From Rhynchopus sp. YZ270_cl-10 (lineage: Eukaryota): a stretch of DNA of 64,000 bases. Numbering within the stretch: position 1 is the stretch's first letter; each line of letters begins with the position of its first letter. The notes under the pieces are model-generated. The model saw nothing but the letters and a program-made list of their open reading frames with translations. It was not told the origin of the DNA and searched no databases. Made by a program: the position numbers and the translations under genes. The stretch is taken from contig OZ037843.1 in NCBI GenBank assembly GCA_964035575.1, positions 744,001 to 808,000 of the forward strand, given 5' to 3'. Shown piece by piece: positions 1-11,566 of the stretch.

Positions 1-668
1 TCGATTTTTTGAAAATTTCCAAAATTTCGACCCCTGAGTTGGGGTCTTTGGGCACGCATGCGGCTAAATAGTACCTATTTTCCAGATTTTCCTTAACCTA
101 AATAGACAAATTTACCTGTTTTTATTACCTTGTGGTTTTCGCATTTTTCACATTTTCGAGGCAGGGTACCACCCAAAAGCGGTGTTTCTTGCATTTTTGG
201 GCCAATCCCAGCCTGTGTTGGGGTCACTTTAAAAAAATGGCCAAAATTTCCATCACTTAAATTTTCGGGAAGTGCCAAGTATCTAGTTTGCAGTAACTTT
301 TGGCATTATGTTTTTGTGGGGATTTGTCCTCTGGCGGGGGTAGGGGTTGTATATCTACCGACGGGTTGTAGAGGGTTTTGCGAGCATTCACCTCACTGTA
401 GCAGGTTATTTCGAAAAAAATGGACAAGTTCATGGTTGATACAATTTTTGGCCATTACCACCAGTGAGTTGCTTCACAGGGTAAAATGTAACTATGATTC
501 TGGGCCACCGCCCCCTCCAAATGCAAAAAGGTCCCAAACCCGGGCGCGCTACGTGTGCCGACCTTTTTGCAGCTTTGGTTAAAGTTGTATTTTTCGGCTG
601 CAAAATGCAGGCGAAGATATTCGGACCTCTATTTTTTTGCGGAGCAAAAAAATAATATTGATGGCGCC

Positions 669-1144
669 CATAGATGGTAGTCGGCCCGAGTCGGGCCGAG
701 TTTTTGGAAAATCTGGGAGTCGGGCCGACTCGGGCCGACTCGGGCCGACTTTTTTTTATTTATTTTTTTTTTCAAAAGTCGGGCCGATTCGGGCCGAGTC
801 GAAAAAAAAAATTTTTTTTAAAAAAAAGTCGGCCCGAGTCGAAAAAAAAACTCGGCCCGAGTCGGCCCGAGTCGGCCCGAGTCAGCCCGTCGCCCCCCCC
901 ACAGTAAAATCTTTTCCAAAAAAAAAAAAACCAAAAAAAAACAAAACAAAAAAAAAAGAAACCAAAAAAAAAAACCAAAAAAAATTCGACTCGGCCCGAC
1001 TCGGGCCGACTTTTTTTTGAGTCGGGCCGAGTTTTTTCGACTCGGCCCGACTCGGGCCGACCCTGAAAAAAAAATTTTTCAAAAAAAAAATAACGAAAAG
1101 TGGTCGGGCCGAGTCGGCCCGACTCGGCCCGACTACCATCTATG
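669..1144. mobile_element. MITE with CATAG termini, GGCGCC flanking duplication
   Basis: TIR CATAGATGGTAGTCGG...CCGACTACCATCTATG. GGCGCC lies on both sides (palindromic, so the boundary is +/-1). The interior is built of TCGGGCCGAC/GTCGGCCCGA repeats. Confidence 0.85.
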
Positions 1145-2822
1145 GGCGCCGCAGGCGAAAAAAAATTAGGGTACAGTGTAAAAATGCAGCTTTTACACCA
1201 CAGAGCCACTCAAAGATTGAAATTCCCCTCATAAAAAAGCAGGTATTTTTTTCCTGCCCCCCTATTTTTCCCGTATACAAAAACAGGTAAATTTATTTTA
1301 CCTTCCCCCTTTATAAAAACAGGTAAATTCTTTTTTTATTCTGAAAACCTAAATAGTAAATAGCTTTTAGACTCACGCGTGTCTTTGGGCACCAAATTTT
1401 TTTTTAAAAAACGCAAAATTCGGGTATTTTGACCATCTGGGGTTTCATCAAATACACTTCTGTGAACAGGGAAATAGCTAATGGAATTGTTCGCAGCCTC
1501 TGTCGTGGTGTCGCGGTGTCGGTGTCGCGCGAAGATTGCTCTGCAAGTCGCCACCAGATCCACTTTTATGAAAATAGCGTAGGGGAGAGGACCTCTGGTT
1601 TACGAAATCGTAGACACTCCTGAGCAAAAATGAAGTCTGTTTTTTGACCCAAAATCGGGGTGGGTGGCCATAATTTGCCTGGCCAGTCGAAAATTGGGAT
1701 TTTTCTGAAATTTCAGAAATTTTGTTCCAGCTGGTGCTCCAGGGAGGGTCGATATTGACAGGTCGCTGACAGGTCGTTGCCATAAGGGGGGGGGGTCATT
1801 TTTTAACGGCCCTTAGCGATTTTTTGGTGGGACACACACACACAGACACACGGTGGCCCATACGGCCCTCAGGGTACACGACGACTGAAGTAACGGGTGT
1901 TATATGTGGTATTACATGTAACTTTTGTTACATGTAGTACATGTAATATAACATGTACTACATGTAAGTTACATGTGGTACAGGTGGCGAAATCAGGTAG
2001 TGGTACAATGGTTTTGGGGGTGGTACTGGGCAGCTTTCGGCGCTGATTTCTGGTAAGACCTAAAAAATCTTCAAAAATCGTTGTGAAATTTATGGGGGTT
2101 CTGGTTTCACCGTCGTGTATTTGGGTGCCCCCCAAAGGGTCCGTTGCACCACAACCGAGCATGAGCAATGACAAGACGGGGGTATGACTAGTTACATGAC
2201 AAGACTAAACAATGACAAGACCCCTGTCAAATGACAAGGCCTAACGCCACTCATTACATACAGGGGTCTTGTCGTTAGTTAGTCTTATCATGTAACTGGT
2301 CATGCACCTTGTCATATGACTAGTCATAGGTGGTAACTAGGACGTGGTGGTCCATGGGCCATCGTGCACACTCACGGTTTTTGGCAATTGCTGGGGGGTG
2401 GGGGGACAATGGGATATATTCCGCACATGGATACCCACACAGAATACACGGTTACCCAGACGTCTGTCACGCAATCACTGATTCACTTCACACAGGTCGG
2501 GCAGACGTTGCCTGCTCATCCTCTTTTCCTGTCTGCTATCGATTCCAGGTTCACAACGTTCACACGTTTAGTCAAAATGCTTTGGGTGATGACTTCTTTT
2601 GGGATACACAAAACCACACAAAGCGCGATCGCTTCTTCGGCAACGTGTCGAAATCGGCAGCGTCACACAGCCCTGAGCCCCTCAAAGCTGGGGGTGATTT
2701 CTACTTTGGGCGACGACTTCCTTTGGGATACACAAAACCACCCAAAGCGCACATTCACAGACCAGCTGTGAAGCGGCAAGGAGTCATTCAAGCTGGGATG
2801 CACAAGATAGAACGTGATGTGG

Positions 2823-3056
2823 TGTACCTGTTTACCTGTGTACCTGTGTACCTGTGTACCTGTGTACCTGTGTACCTGTGTACCTGTGTACCTGTGTACC
2901 TGTGTACCTGTGTACCTGTGTACCTGTGTACCTGTGTACCTGTGTACCTGTGTACCTGTGTACCTGTGTACCTGTGTACCTGTGTACCTGTGTACCTGTG
3001 TACCTGTGTACCTGTGTACCTGTGTACCTGGGTACCTGTGTACCTGTGTACCTGTG
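2823..3056. repeat. (TGTACCTG)n microsatellite, about 29 units
   Basis: Directly visible 8-mer run. Confidence 0.97.
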
Positions 3057-3130
3057 AGAGTTGCGAACATGTTGACAGACAAATACCGAACCCGTCGGAC
3101 TTCCGTCTTCCTCCTCCGCACAGGGAGTGG

Positions 3131-3360
3131 TACCACTCCGAACGCAGAAGAAATAACGTATTTGCGTCTCTGTATGAGGTGACCGTGGACACATTTGTAC
3201 AAAAGCCTTTGTACAAATACAAACAAATCCCTTTCGAACAAAATAAAATAGGAAAATGACTCTGACACCTCCTGCAAAGCGTACTCCTTCTATTTGCTCT
3301 CTTTTTAAGGATCCTGTGAAAGAAAAACTGCGGCTGCTATCTAGTGATAGTAGTCTATAA
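3131..3360. repeat. Dispersed repeat also present as staggered partial copies at 34840-35360
   Basis: Shared CCACTCCGAACGCAGAAGAAATAACGTATTTGCGTCTC, CAAATACAAACAAATCCCTTTCGAAC and GCAAAGCGTACTCC..CTATTTGCTC. Confidence 0.85.
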
Positions 3361-3383
3361 TCAAACCAATTTTTTTCCAAAAT

Positions 3384-3540
3384 TTGGTGTGGCTGAAGGG
3401 GGTGCTATTTTTTGGGCTATTTTCTGCTATTTTCTGCTATTCTGGGCATCTGTATTTTTTGATGTGGCTGAAGGGGGGTGCTATTTTTGTGCTATTTTTG
3501 TGCTACTTTCTGCTATTTTGGGGTCGTCAGCCACACCAAA
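3384..3540. repeat. Small hairpin MITE-like family (TTGGTGTGGCTGA...TC(A/G)GCCACACCAA)
   Basis: Related copies at 51525-51625 and 52108-52168. Confidence 0.7.
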
Positions 3541-4489
3541 AATCCCGGCTTTTCCGGTGTGGCCACCACCAGCACACCGGCATATTAAAGCCCCCTGTTG
3601 ATGGTGTTCGCAATTTTATCCCAAAAAAGCACCGAAGGTGCTACTAAATAGCGGTCAGGAACACCAACTTGACTTAGCCGTTGGGAGTGATCCCGCATAC
3701 AACGATGATTCCTATAAGGACTGGTTGAGAAAGACACGACAAGGGAAGAGTCTAGCCAAAGTGTCTCTGCAATCTGGATCAACGAGGCCCACCTTATGAG
3801 GGCACCGACCAATGTAGTCACAGACACGCAAGTCTAGTTCTGCCCGTAGGGCTCCTGGCTTTGCAGTGTTGGCATGCGATGTACCACCCGTCATGTACAG
3901 CAGCTGCCGTCAGGTTCAAAGCCTCCTTGCGCTGGTTTGTTCACAGTAACATCGATGGTCGACCCGTGTGCGCATGGTATACGCGTAGACGCTTTCGGCA
4001 CCAATGAAGGAACCTACTCACAGGGTGCCATTACCATCGTTGACACCAGAGCCAGAGATGAAGCTGCTGGAACAACAAGCCTTCGGTAGCACCCTAAAAA
4101 GCCCAGGACGTTAGTTTGCGGAGTGACAGGAGAAGTGCGAGAAGGCACAGTACAGGAAGACATGAAACGCCTGCACCACCTTCAAAAGAGTGACGAAGGG
4201 AGCAATAGAGCCCAAGGAAGCATGTCTCCGATGCTAGGGTATAATTAGAGTCTGGGGTTTTGGGCCAAGTCAGTTAGAGTCCAGTTAGAGTATAATTAGA
4301 GTCGCTTTTCTTTAATTAGACTATAATTAGAGTGTAGTTAGAGCATAATTAGACTCTAACTGCACTCTAATTATAGTCTAATTAGAGTACAATAACAGGC
4401 TTCTTGTAGATGGGGCTAGTCCTAGTCCTAGTCCTTTTGTCCTACTGTACCTAGTACCCGGGACTCGGGACCCGGCTTATTCTCAGCTA

Positions 4490-5195
4490 TGGGTACCCAG
4501 GTACCCAGACCCGCGCAGTGGCACATGCCCTCAAGTGTGAGTGACCCACACATTAGGGAATGCGACGCAAAAACTCTGTGCACCTTCGGTGCAACGCCGC
4601 AGACAGGCCAAACAGCGTTGGACTCAGAGGAATGCCTGCTGTGCAGGTATCAAACATGAGAACCAACTCCCAGCAAGCGTTATTGAGGGTTTGGGGTGCA
4701 AAGTTTTCTACAATTTTGATGCGCGGGTATTCATCTGTAGGAATGTAAATGTCAATCGAGTTTAACTACCACTAAGGGGTCGAAGGGGGTAATCCCAGTA
4801 TCAAAGGTTGTGCTGACGGGAAATCTTTTGCGAGTATACGTTCATTTCATCCGAAGAAATAACTACTTATGAACCCAGGAGAGATCCCAGCCTCGCGCTA
4901 AACCACCACGCACGATTGACTTAGATGTTATACCAAAGAGAATTCAGAACAAAACAACACCTTGCCCCATACACTAAATAGCCATGCTTCAAGTGCATGC
5001 CCTGGGCCAAAATTCCTGTGCTAAAAAGGCAACAAGACCACCCACAAGGAGTGTGAATTGTGCACTGGTTTTCTGGGGGAACAAACAATATTTTCTTATG
5101 TCTAGTCCTCTGCAAGCAGAGAAGACTTTCTGGATTACAAAGTCGAATTTCTTGCACTAGCTAGGCTCCCTGGGTTGATGGCTATAGCATTGGTT
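4490..5195. repeat. Dispersed repeat family X, diverged partial copy
   Basis: Shared blocks such as CAACGCCGCAGACAGGCCAAAC, GGACTCAGAGGAATGCCTGCTGTGCAGGTATCAAACATGAGAACC and GAGAATTCAGAACAAAACAACAC. Flanked by TAATTAGAG arrays. Confidence 0.85.
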
Positions 5196-6511
5196 GATGT
5201 TCCCCTCTTATTGACCCTATGATAAGACTCTAATTAGACTCTAATTAGAGTCCAGTTAGAGTACAATATCATTGGAGCCCTTTGTAGAGGAAGCCGTACC
5301 ACGGTTGTGCGATGTGGTTTTGAAATCAGGTTCTGGGGTATCTTTCAATGTGGAATATCGTTGATTCGACGCTGCGTTCGATTCTGTTGAGGTGCGCACT
5401 TATCCATTTCTGGTTTGTGAGGGGAGGGGGGTGATTCTCAGGGGGGAAAACGCTCGCAATGTGGTGTCTGATGGCACTGCGCTTGAGGCAGTCGTTTTGC
5501 CTTCTTCCAAGGTCGGCTTTGAGGTGCATTGCACTGCCGCACCTCCCTCACGACCTTCACCACTTGATCTTTAAAGACCACCAAAACAAAAAGAGCACAA
5601 AGCAAAAACAACAACTTTCATTCAAACTCCCTCACGACCTTCACCACAATACCGTGGGCCTTTGGTAGATATAATACACCTTGTGTTCTGAGGCGTGGGT
5701 CTGCGCAAATTTGCTTGCACCTCTGCGAACGTGGCGGTGTTGCTAATCCATACCTGCTTGCACCACGCGGGTTGCATGTAGATGCGCTTATTGTGCTTGT
5801 ACTGGATAGCTCGTGAATTGTCGTTTTGACTGGGAGTACGATGACCCCGAAGCTGTCCTGGTATCTAGCGGGGTTTGTCCACAAAGGGGGTGGAAGGGGG
5901 GAGGGGTTTGCTCAGAGACGGGTGGGTAGTTGCGCCGTTGTACTCCAAGGTTACGATGCCATCTGGAGGGAGAGACTCTGCCTCAGAAACCCTCAGCCTT
6001 GCATACGTTGAGAGGGTTTCAGCATACCTTGATTCCATCTGATTTCTAGAAGATCCGTCACTTCACCTCATGTCTGCAGGCTGCTCTCCTTTGCTCGCGT
6101 CTTCGAGTTCTTTGCTGGACACATCGTAGCTGGTGGACTGTGGTGTGCTGAACTTCCTTAACATACGGGATTGGATCTTCCACGTGACGGCGTATCTGTC
6201 CGTGTACATTTGCGTGACAGCTCTGTCACGCTTGCTTCCAGGCCAGAACTGGAAATAAAACCCCGGGTGAACCATGCCTCATCATTCCATGCGATGCCTT
6301 CCTCTACTCTGTGTACCCTGCCGACTCCTGCACCCAAAGTTTCATGAGGAAGGGCCGAGAGGTGCATGCAGTGTTGATGGGGAGGAGGGGAGGGCGGTTG
6401 GCGATGGCTGTATTGTGGATGGTTGCCCATTCATAATGCATAGTACACATCACAATACAAGCTGGATTATGTATTATGATGGGCACTCATCACAATACAG
6501 CCAGCCCTAGG

Positions 6512-6592
6512 CATACCTAGAAGGCGAATTTCGTATTCGCCCTATCTTCGGATCCGAATATAGGCCGAATATGGATTCGCCTTCTAGGTATG
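6512..6592. mobile_element. 81-bp MITE with CATAC termini
   Basis: TIR CATACCTAGAAGGCGAAT...ATTCGCCTTCTAGGTATG. Flanks CCTAGG/CCTAGT. Confidence 0.75.
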
Positions 6593-7102
6593 CCTAGTGG
6601 CGGTGTCACCATGCCGGCTCTGTGATAGGCACCTTCGGGGGAGCACTTCGAGTTACGACCTCGGCACGTTGTGGGGTCAGGTGGGGTGTTCCTTAGTTGG
6701 GGGGGATGTTGAGGGGGTTAGGGTTGGAGAGGAAGATGTGCACTTTGTGATGTATGGTAGGGCACTCCAATGTGTGCTGTATGTGATGGGGGTGGTGGGT
6801 GGCGACGGTGATGCAGGGCCCGTTCTGTTCTCCAGTCTGTGTTTCTCAGAAGTGAGTCTGCCTTGGCGAGTTTGACAACAAGGTAATCACCCCTTTCTTT
6901 GTCGGGTTTGAGGCCCTCTGCGTCTCAGTCGCTGTGTGGACGGTTGGGGCGCAACATATGTGGTTCAACACAAACAAATTCGCTACTGTTGCATTCATTC
7001 CTTTTATGGCTTTCGTCCGTACCCAAATCCGCCCGATGGAGGCAAGCTCTCACAGATTGGCTAGGTTCTAACTTTGACCTGATACTAGTTTTGATGTGTG
7101 GT

Positions 7103-7229
7103 CCACCTGATTTTTACCCCGCGGAGAGGCGCGTAAAGGCGTGTAGAGGCGCGTATAGGGCCGTATAGGCATATACGGACCGTCCGTACACGCCTTTACG
7201 CGACTGTACGCGGGGTAAAAATCAGGTGG
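7103..7229. mobile_element. 127-bp palindromic MITE with 5-bp TSD
   Basis: TIR CCACCTGATTTTTACCCCGCG...CGCGGGGTAAAAATCAGGTGG. TSD GTGGT/GTGGT. Confidence 0.8.
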
Positions 7230-7540
7230 GTGGTAGAAGGGAAAAAATAAAGACCGTGAAGGAGCCACAACAGTCTTTTTCAAGAGTTGGGCCGACCACA
7301 CTGTGCGCTCTGATTCAATAAATCAGAAAAAAGACGTGCATTTATAGCAGGAGTTGACCAAAAAAGTGCAAATACGCACCACTTTTTTGATGGGTTTTTG
7401 ACCCCCCAGACCCTCCGGGAAAAATCGCGACCAATAAAAAACACCCCTTTAATCCAACACCACATTCCCGCAGACCCCCCCTCCCCCCTCCCTTACCCTC
7501 GAGGATCCTTTCTGGGTCCCCCCCTACCCCCCGTACCCGC

Positions 7541-7597
7541 TTTTGTTGTTTTTTTTCCTTCTCTCTACCCTACTCTTTATAAGTCTTTTTTTACACG
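7541..7597 (+). promoter_or_regulatory. Polypyrimidine tract + AG upstream of the IFT88 ATG (possible trans-splice acceptor)
   Basis: TTTTGTTGTTTTTTTTCCTTCTCTCTACCCTACTCTTTATAAG ends about 15 nt before the ATG. A similar T-tract and CAG precede the cyclase-like gene (35860-35960). Confidence 0.4.
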
Positions 7598-9441
7598 ATG
7601 AACTTCGATTCTGGGACGCCTTGGCAACCCTCGGAGAACCAGGACCAGGACACCCTTTACGGAGGCTTCAGCTCTGCCGATCAAGGAGGCGCTGCTGGCA
7701 ACCCTCTCGCAGGACCGCCCCCGGGGACTTCTGGTGGAGCAGGATATGGCCAATACCCTGGTACACAAGCTGGGCAACAACCACTTGCTTCGCAATGGGA
7801 TCAACCAGCTTGGGGTGGAGGCACGCAGGTTCAGGGGTCGGTGATGAAGTCGATGACAGCACGCCCGATGACGTCCAATCGTGCCTCTGGATATCAAGGT
7901 ACCAAGCAGGCCACGTCTCCTAGCGGGTTTGATCCTCTCAGCCAAGGGAACGCTATGGGACAGGCGATGCCCCTGCAAAAGCGTTCAGACAACTCCCCTG
8001 AGGAGCAGTGCCTGGAGGCGGAGAAGAAGATTAATTCCTTGATCGAAGAGAGTGCGACGCTAGCCGTGCATAAGGACTTCGCGCTGGCGTTGGAAAAGGC
8101 GATTGAATCTGGCAAGAAAGAACGCTGGCTCTGCAAAGAACGCGAAAAGCTAGGCCTCGCCGAACAGATCAACATTGATTTGACCTATTCCGTCCACTTC
8201 AACCTTGCTGTGCAATACCACAACAGTCAATGCTACACCGAAGCCATCAACACATACACCCTCATTGTCCGCAACAAGCAATACGCACAGAGCGGCCGGC
8301 TCCGCGTCAATATGGGGAACATCTACTATGAACAAAAGAAATACATGTACGCCATCAAAATGTACAAAAACGCGCTCGACGCGATCCCCACTACCGGCAA
8401 AGAACTGCGTTTCAAAATCACCCGCAACATGGCCAATGCATACGTCAAAACCGGTCAATACCAAGACGCAATCAACCACTACGAAAGCATCATGAAGGAC
8501 GCACCCGACATGCAGACCGGCTTCAACCTGCTGCTCTGCTACTACATCCTGAGAGACAAAGATCGCATAAAACGGCAGTTCCTGAAGCTGCTCCAGATCC
8601 GTCCTGAAGGTGGCACCGACGAAGACGATGACGAAGAAGAAGAGGAAGAGGAGGACGGCAAAGACGCCTTAGTGGTCGACGTTCTCCGCTCCGAAATGAA
8701 GGTCCGGAGAAAGCAGCACTCCCAGCTGGCTCTCGTGGCAGGGCGTCTCATCGCGCCTCTTGTGGAATCTGATTGGGAGAAGGGGTTTGAATTCGTTGTT
8801 TCCTCCCTCAAGCAGTCTGGCGGGTCGGAGTTGAAGCAGGCCAACTCCCGTCTTGCCTCTGAATTAGAAATGTGCTGGGCGTTGCAATACCTGAAACACC
8901 AACAATACACCAAAGCGATCGAATGTCTCAAAGCCTTTGAAAAGAAGGACAAAACCCTGAAGGCCCGGGCTGCGTGCAACCTCTCTTACCTTTATTTCCT
9001 TGAGGGGGATCATGAAAATGGTGAAGCCTTTGCAAAGCTTTCCATTGAAACCGATAAGTACAATGCACGTGCCCTTGTAAACAATGGGAACTTTTTATTC
9101 AAAAAGGGGCAGTACGACAAAGCAAAGGAGTACTATTTGGAGGCGCTGTCGGTCGAGGCTGACTGCATCGAGGCGATATATAACCTAGGGCTTGCGACGA
9201 AGGCGCTTCACCAATATGAGGAGAGCCTTCGGGTGTTCAAAAGACTGCAGACGATGATCGATTCCGTGGAGGTGCTGTACCAGCTGGGGAACCTGTACGA
9301 CCTGCTGGGGCGCTGTGATATGGCGGTGGAATGGTTCAGGAAGGCACCGACAGATCCATCAATCCTCGCGCGTCTAGGTTCCATCTTTGCGCAAGAAGAC
9401 GACGAGAGCCAAGCGTTCCACTACCATCTAGAAGCCTATAG
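7598..9441 (+). CDS. IFT88: Intraflagellar transport protein 88 (TPR protein), exon 1
   Basis: IFT88-like motifs DTLYGGF, RPMTSNRASGY, EQINIDLTYSVHFNLA, GRLRVNMGNIYYEQKKY, YNARALVNNGN, PTDPSILARLG, ESQAFHYHLEAYR. Similarity ends at TATAG|GTATGG (donor GT at 9442). The rest of the 677-aa ORF is intron read-through. Confidence 0.95.
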
Positions 9442-10629
9442 GTATGGCCTGTTGTGTATATTTTTTTCGTTCATCTGGCTGATGAGTGCAAGCGGGAGTA
9501 GCATGGGTGTAGGACTGCATGGGTGTCTACCCCCGGTACAGTCAATCATTGTACCAAAAGGTGCACGAGAGGGGTTTGTATTTCAAGGTAAACTTTTTCT
9601 TGACTGTAACCGAGGTGACGTTCCATGGTAGTGTTTGTTTTGGCTGCGCGAATGTTTTTTTTTAAATATGCGTATACCCGCAGTAAACCGTTTTTTGGCT
9701 GGCCCGTCCAAGTGGGATGATCAGTCGTCAGTCACTTCCTCTCTCTGGGGGTGAAAAGAGCCGCACCCACGCTGAGCACGCCGTCAGCGAGGGTGCGGGA
9801 AGGGTGAAACAAACGAAGAGAGACGTTGGGCAAGCGTTCCAGGACACTCTTTCTTCTGGGTGCTTCCTTCCCAAGACATCTGGAAGCTGCACCACGACCA
9901 CTTCATCGGCAATGGAGCAAAGCGTCCTCCTGGAGATGCTGCCACTTGACTACCTCGTTTTTTCCGTTCCTCTTGTGATGGTTGCTACGTCTCCCCGCGT
10001 CACTGACGCCAACCGCAGAGCCACAGACCCAAAGAAAAAGGCCCACGCACGGGGCTGGCCCTCGCTTGGCATCCTGCAGCGATACCGGAATGGACGCCGT
10101 ATGGCTTCCGTTTCTATGAGAGTATCGGGGGGTGCTGTTGCAAGAGTTTAATAAACCGATTCCACACTTCCAATGCGCGTTCCAGCAGTCAGATCCTCTT
10201 CCCTTGCTACAGTATCCCTGTACAAGAGCAATCCAAGGAAGGCATTGAACGCAGAGGGGACCATCTGCTTGTATGTTTCTACATCTAGCGTGACAATCAC
10301 CGGTGAAGTCCGGGTTATTCCGTTTCGCGGCGCTGGTTATTTGTATATTCGATGATTTGCTGCTTAATATTGTGACTCAAAAAAGAACGAGAACAAGCCG
10401 AGTTCGCTGTACTCAGTGACGAATTTGGGACGGGACGCCATGACTTCTTTCTGTGTATTATAGCTGCATCGACTGACGAAAAATCTTCCTTTTCCCCCCT
10501 TTCTTACCACATCCTGTCAAAAATTTCTATTTTATTTTTTTGCAATGTTGAAAATTATTATCCCAGCCTCAAAAGACTCCAAAGGTCATATACACACATA
10601 CACACCCTTCCAAACAACACACAAAACAG

Positions 10630-10924
10630 ATACCTGCCGGTGAACATGGAGGTGATCAACTGGCTTGGCGCATATTTCGTTCGCAACGAAGTGTACGAGA
10701 AGGCTATGGGGTACTTCGAACGCGCAGCACAGATCCAGCCACAGGAGGTCAAATGGCAGCTTCTCGTAGCGAGTTGCCACAGACGCATTGGCGCCTTCCC
10801 TCAGGCCAAGAAGATGTACGAGGACATCCACAGGCGCCATCCCTCCAATGTTGAGTGCCCAAAGTACCTCGTCCATCTGTGCAGGGAGATGGGCCTCGGG
10901 GATGAAGCAGTCGCATATCACAAG
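10630..10924 (+). CDS. IFT88: IFT88 exon 2
   Basis: Acceptor ...AAAACAG|A TAC CTG CCG GTG AAC joins exon 1 in frame (YR-YLPVNMEVINWLGAYFVRNEVYEKAMGYFERAAQIQPQEVKWQLLVASCHRRIG). Donor CACAAG|GTGTGT at 10925. Confidence 0.93.
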
Positions 10925-11155
10925 GTGTGTTGCAGTTTTATTTCGTGCTCACGGAGAGCTTAGGGTGACAACAAACTTGTGGAAACCAGTGCAGCTGTTG
11001 CTCCGCGATAAACGAATATAAGGTGACTAAGCACAGAGAGGCTTAGGATCATCTTATAAACTTTTCTTTTGTTTTTCAGCACACTTTGTCTCTCTTTGTC
11101 TTTAAGTTTCGTTGCATTGATACACGCATGTTTATTTATTTCCTTATTTTTACAG

Positions 11156-11335
11156 GTTCTGGCCAAGCTTGAGAAGCGTTTAGGATTGAATCCAACACCG
11201 AGCAGTGGGAACCTACGTGCTGCGGCTGACGGTGCACCTCTCTCTCCTGGAAGTGCGCAGGAGGGTGGTGCGAATGCCCCTAGAGGAGGGCGCCACGCTG
11301 CCGAGCTAGCCGCGGTAGAGGCCGAGCAGGATACA
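11156..11335 (+). CDS. IFT88: IFT88 exon 3
   Basis: Pyrimidine tract and TACAG| acceptor. Phase-0 continuation VLAKLEKR followed by a low-complexity linker. Donor GATACA|GTATGC at 11336. Confidence 0.8.
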
Positions 11336-11566
11336 GTATGCCACCCTTTTTTCAAAAAGCGTTGAGATATCGTTAACTTCAACCCAAAAGGAAAAATGTA
11401 CCTCAGAAGAAGGGAACCCAGTTTCCCTTGGTTCCCCCGATTCCCAGTTCCGAAAGGACCGGTTCATGGTTCCGATATGATTTTTTCCCAAATTAAGGTG
11501 AGCAGCCTAGAGACAGAGAGGAGCTCATCATAGGGGTGTCTACATTAAATGTAAAACCAAGGTTTT

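Noticed and set aside
637..1209. K/F-rich ORFs here and at 52274-52878 and 59456-59868
   Set aside because: They arise from homopolymer runs and MITE subterminal repeats.
2330..3380. Long ORFs such as VPVYLCTC repeats (also 27918-28736, 32733-33045, 41942-43075)
   Set aside because: They are open only because the microsatellites lack stop codons.
9442..9631. C-terminal 63 codons of the 677-aa ORF
   Set aside because: Intron read-through. IFT88 similarity resumes at 10630.
9717..10355. Nested gene in IFT88 intron 1
   Set aside because: Composition is coding-like, but frames are short or broken and no family was recognisable.
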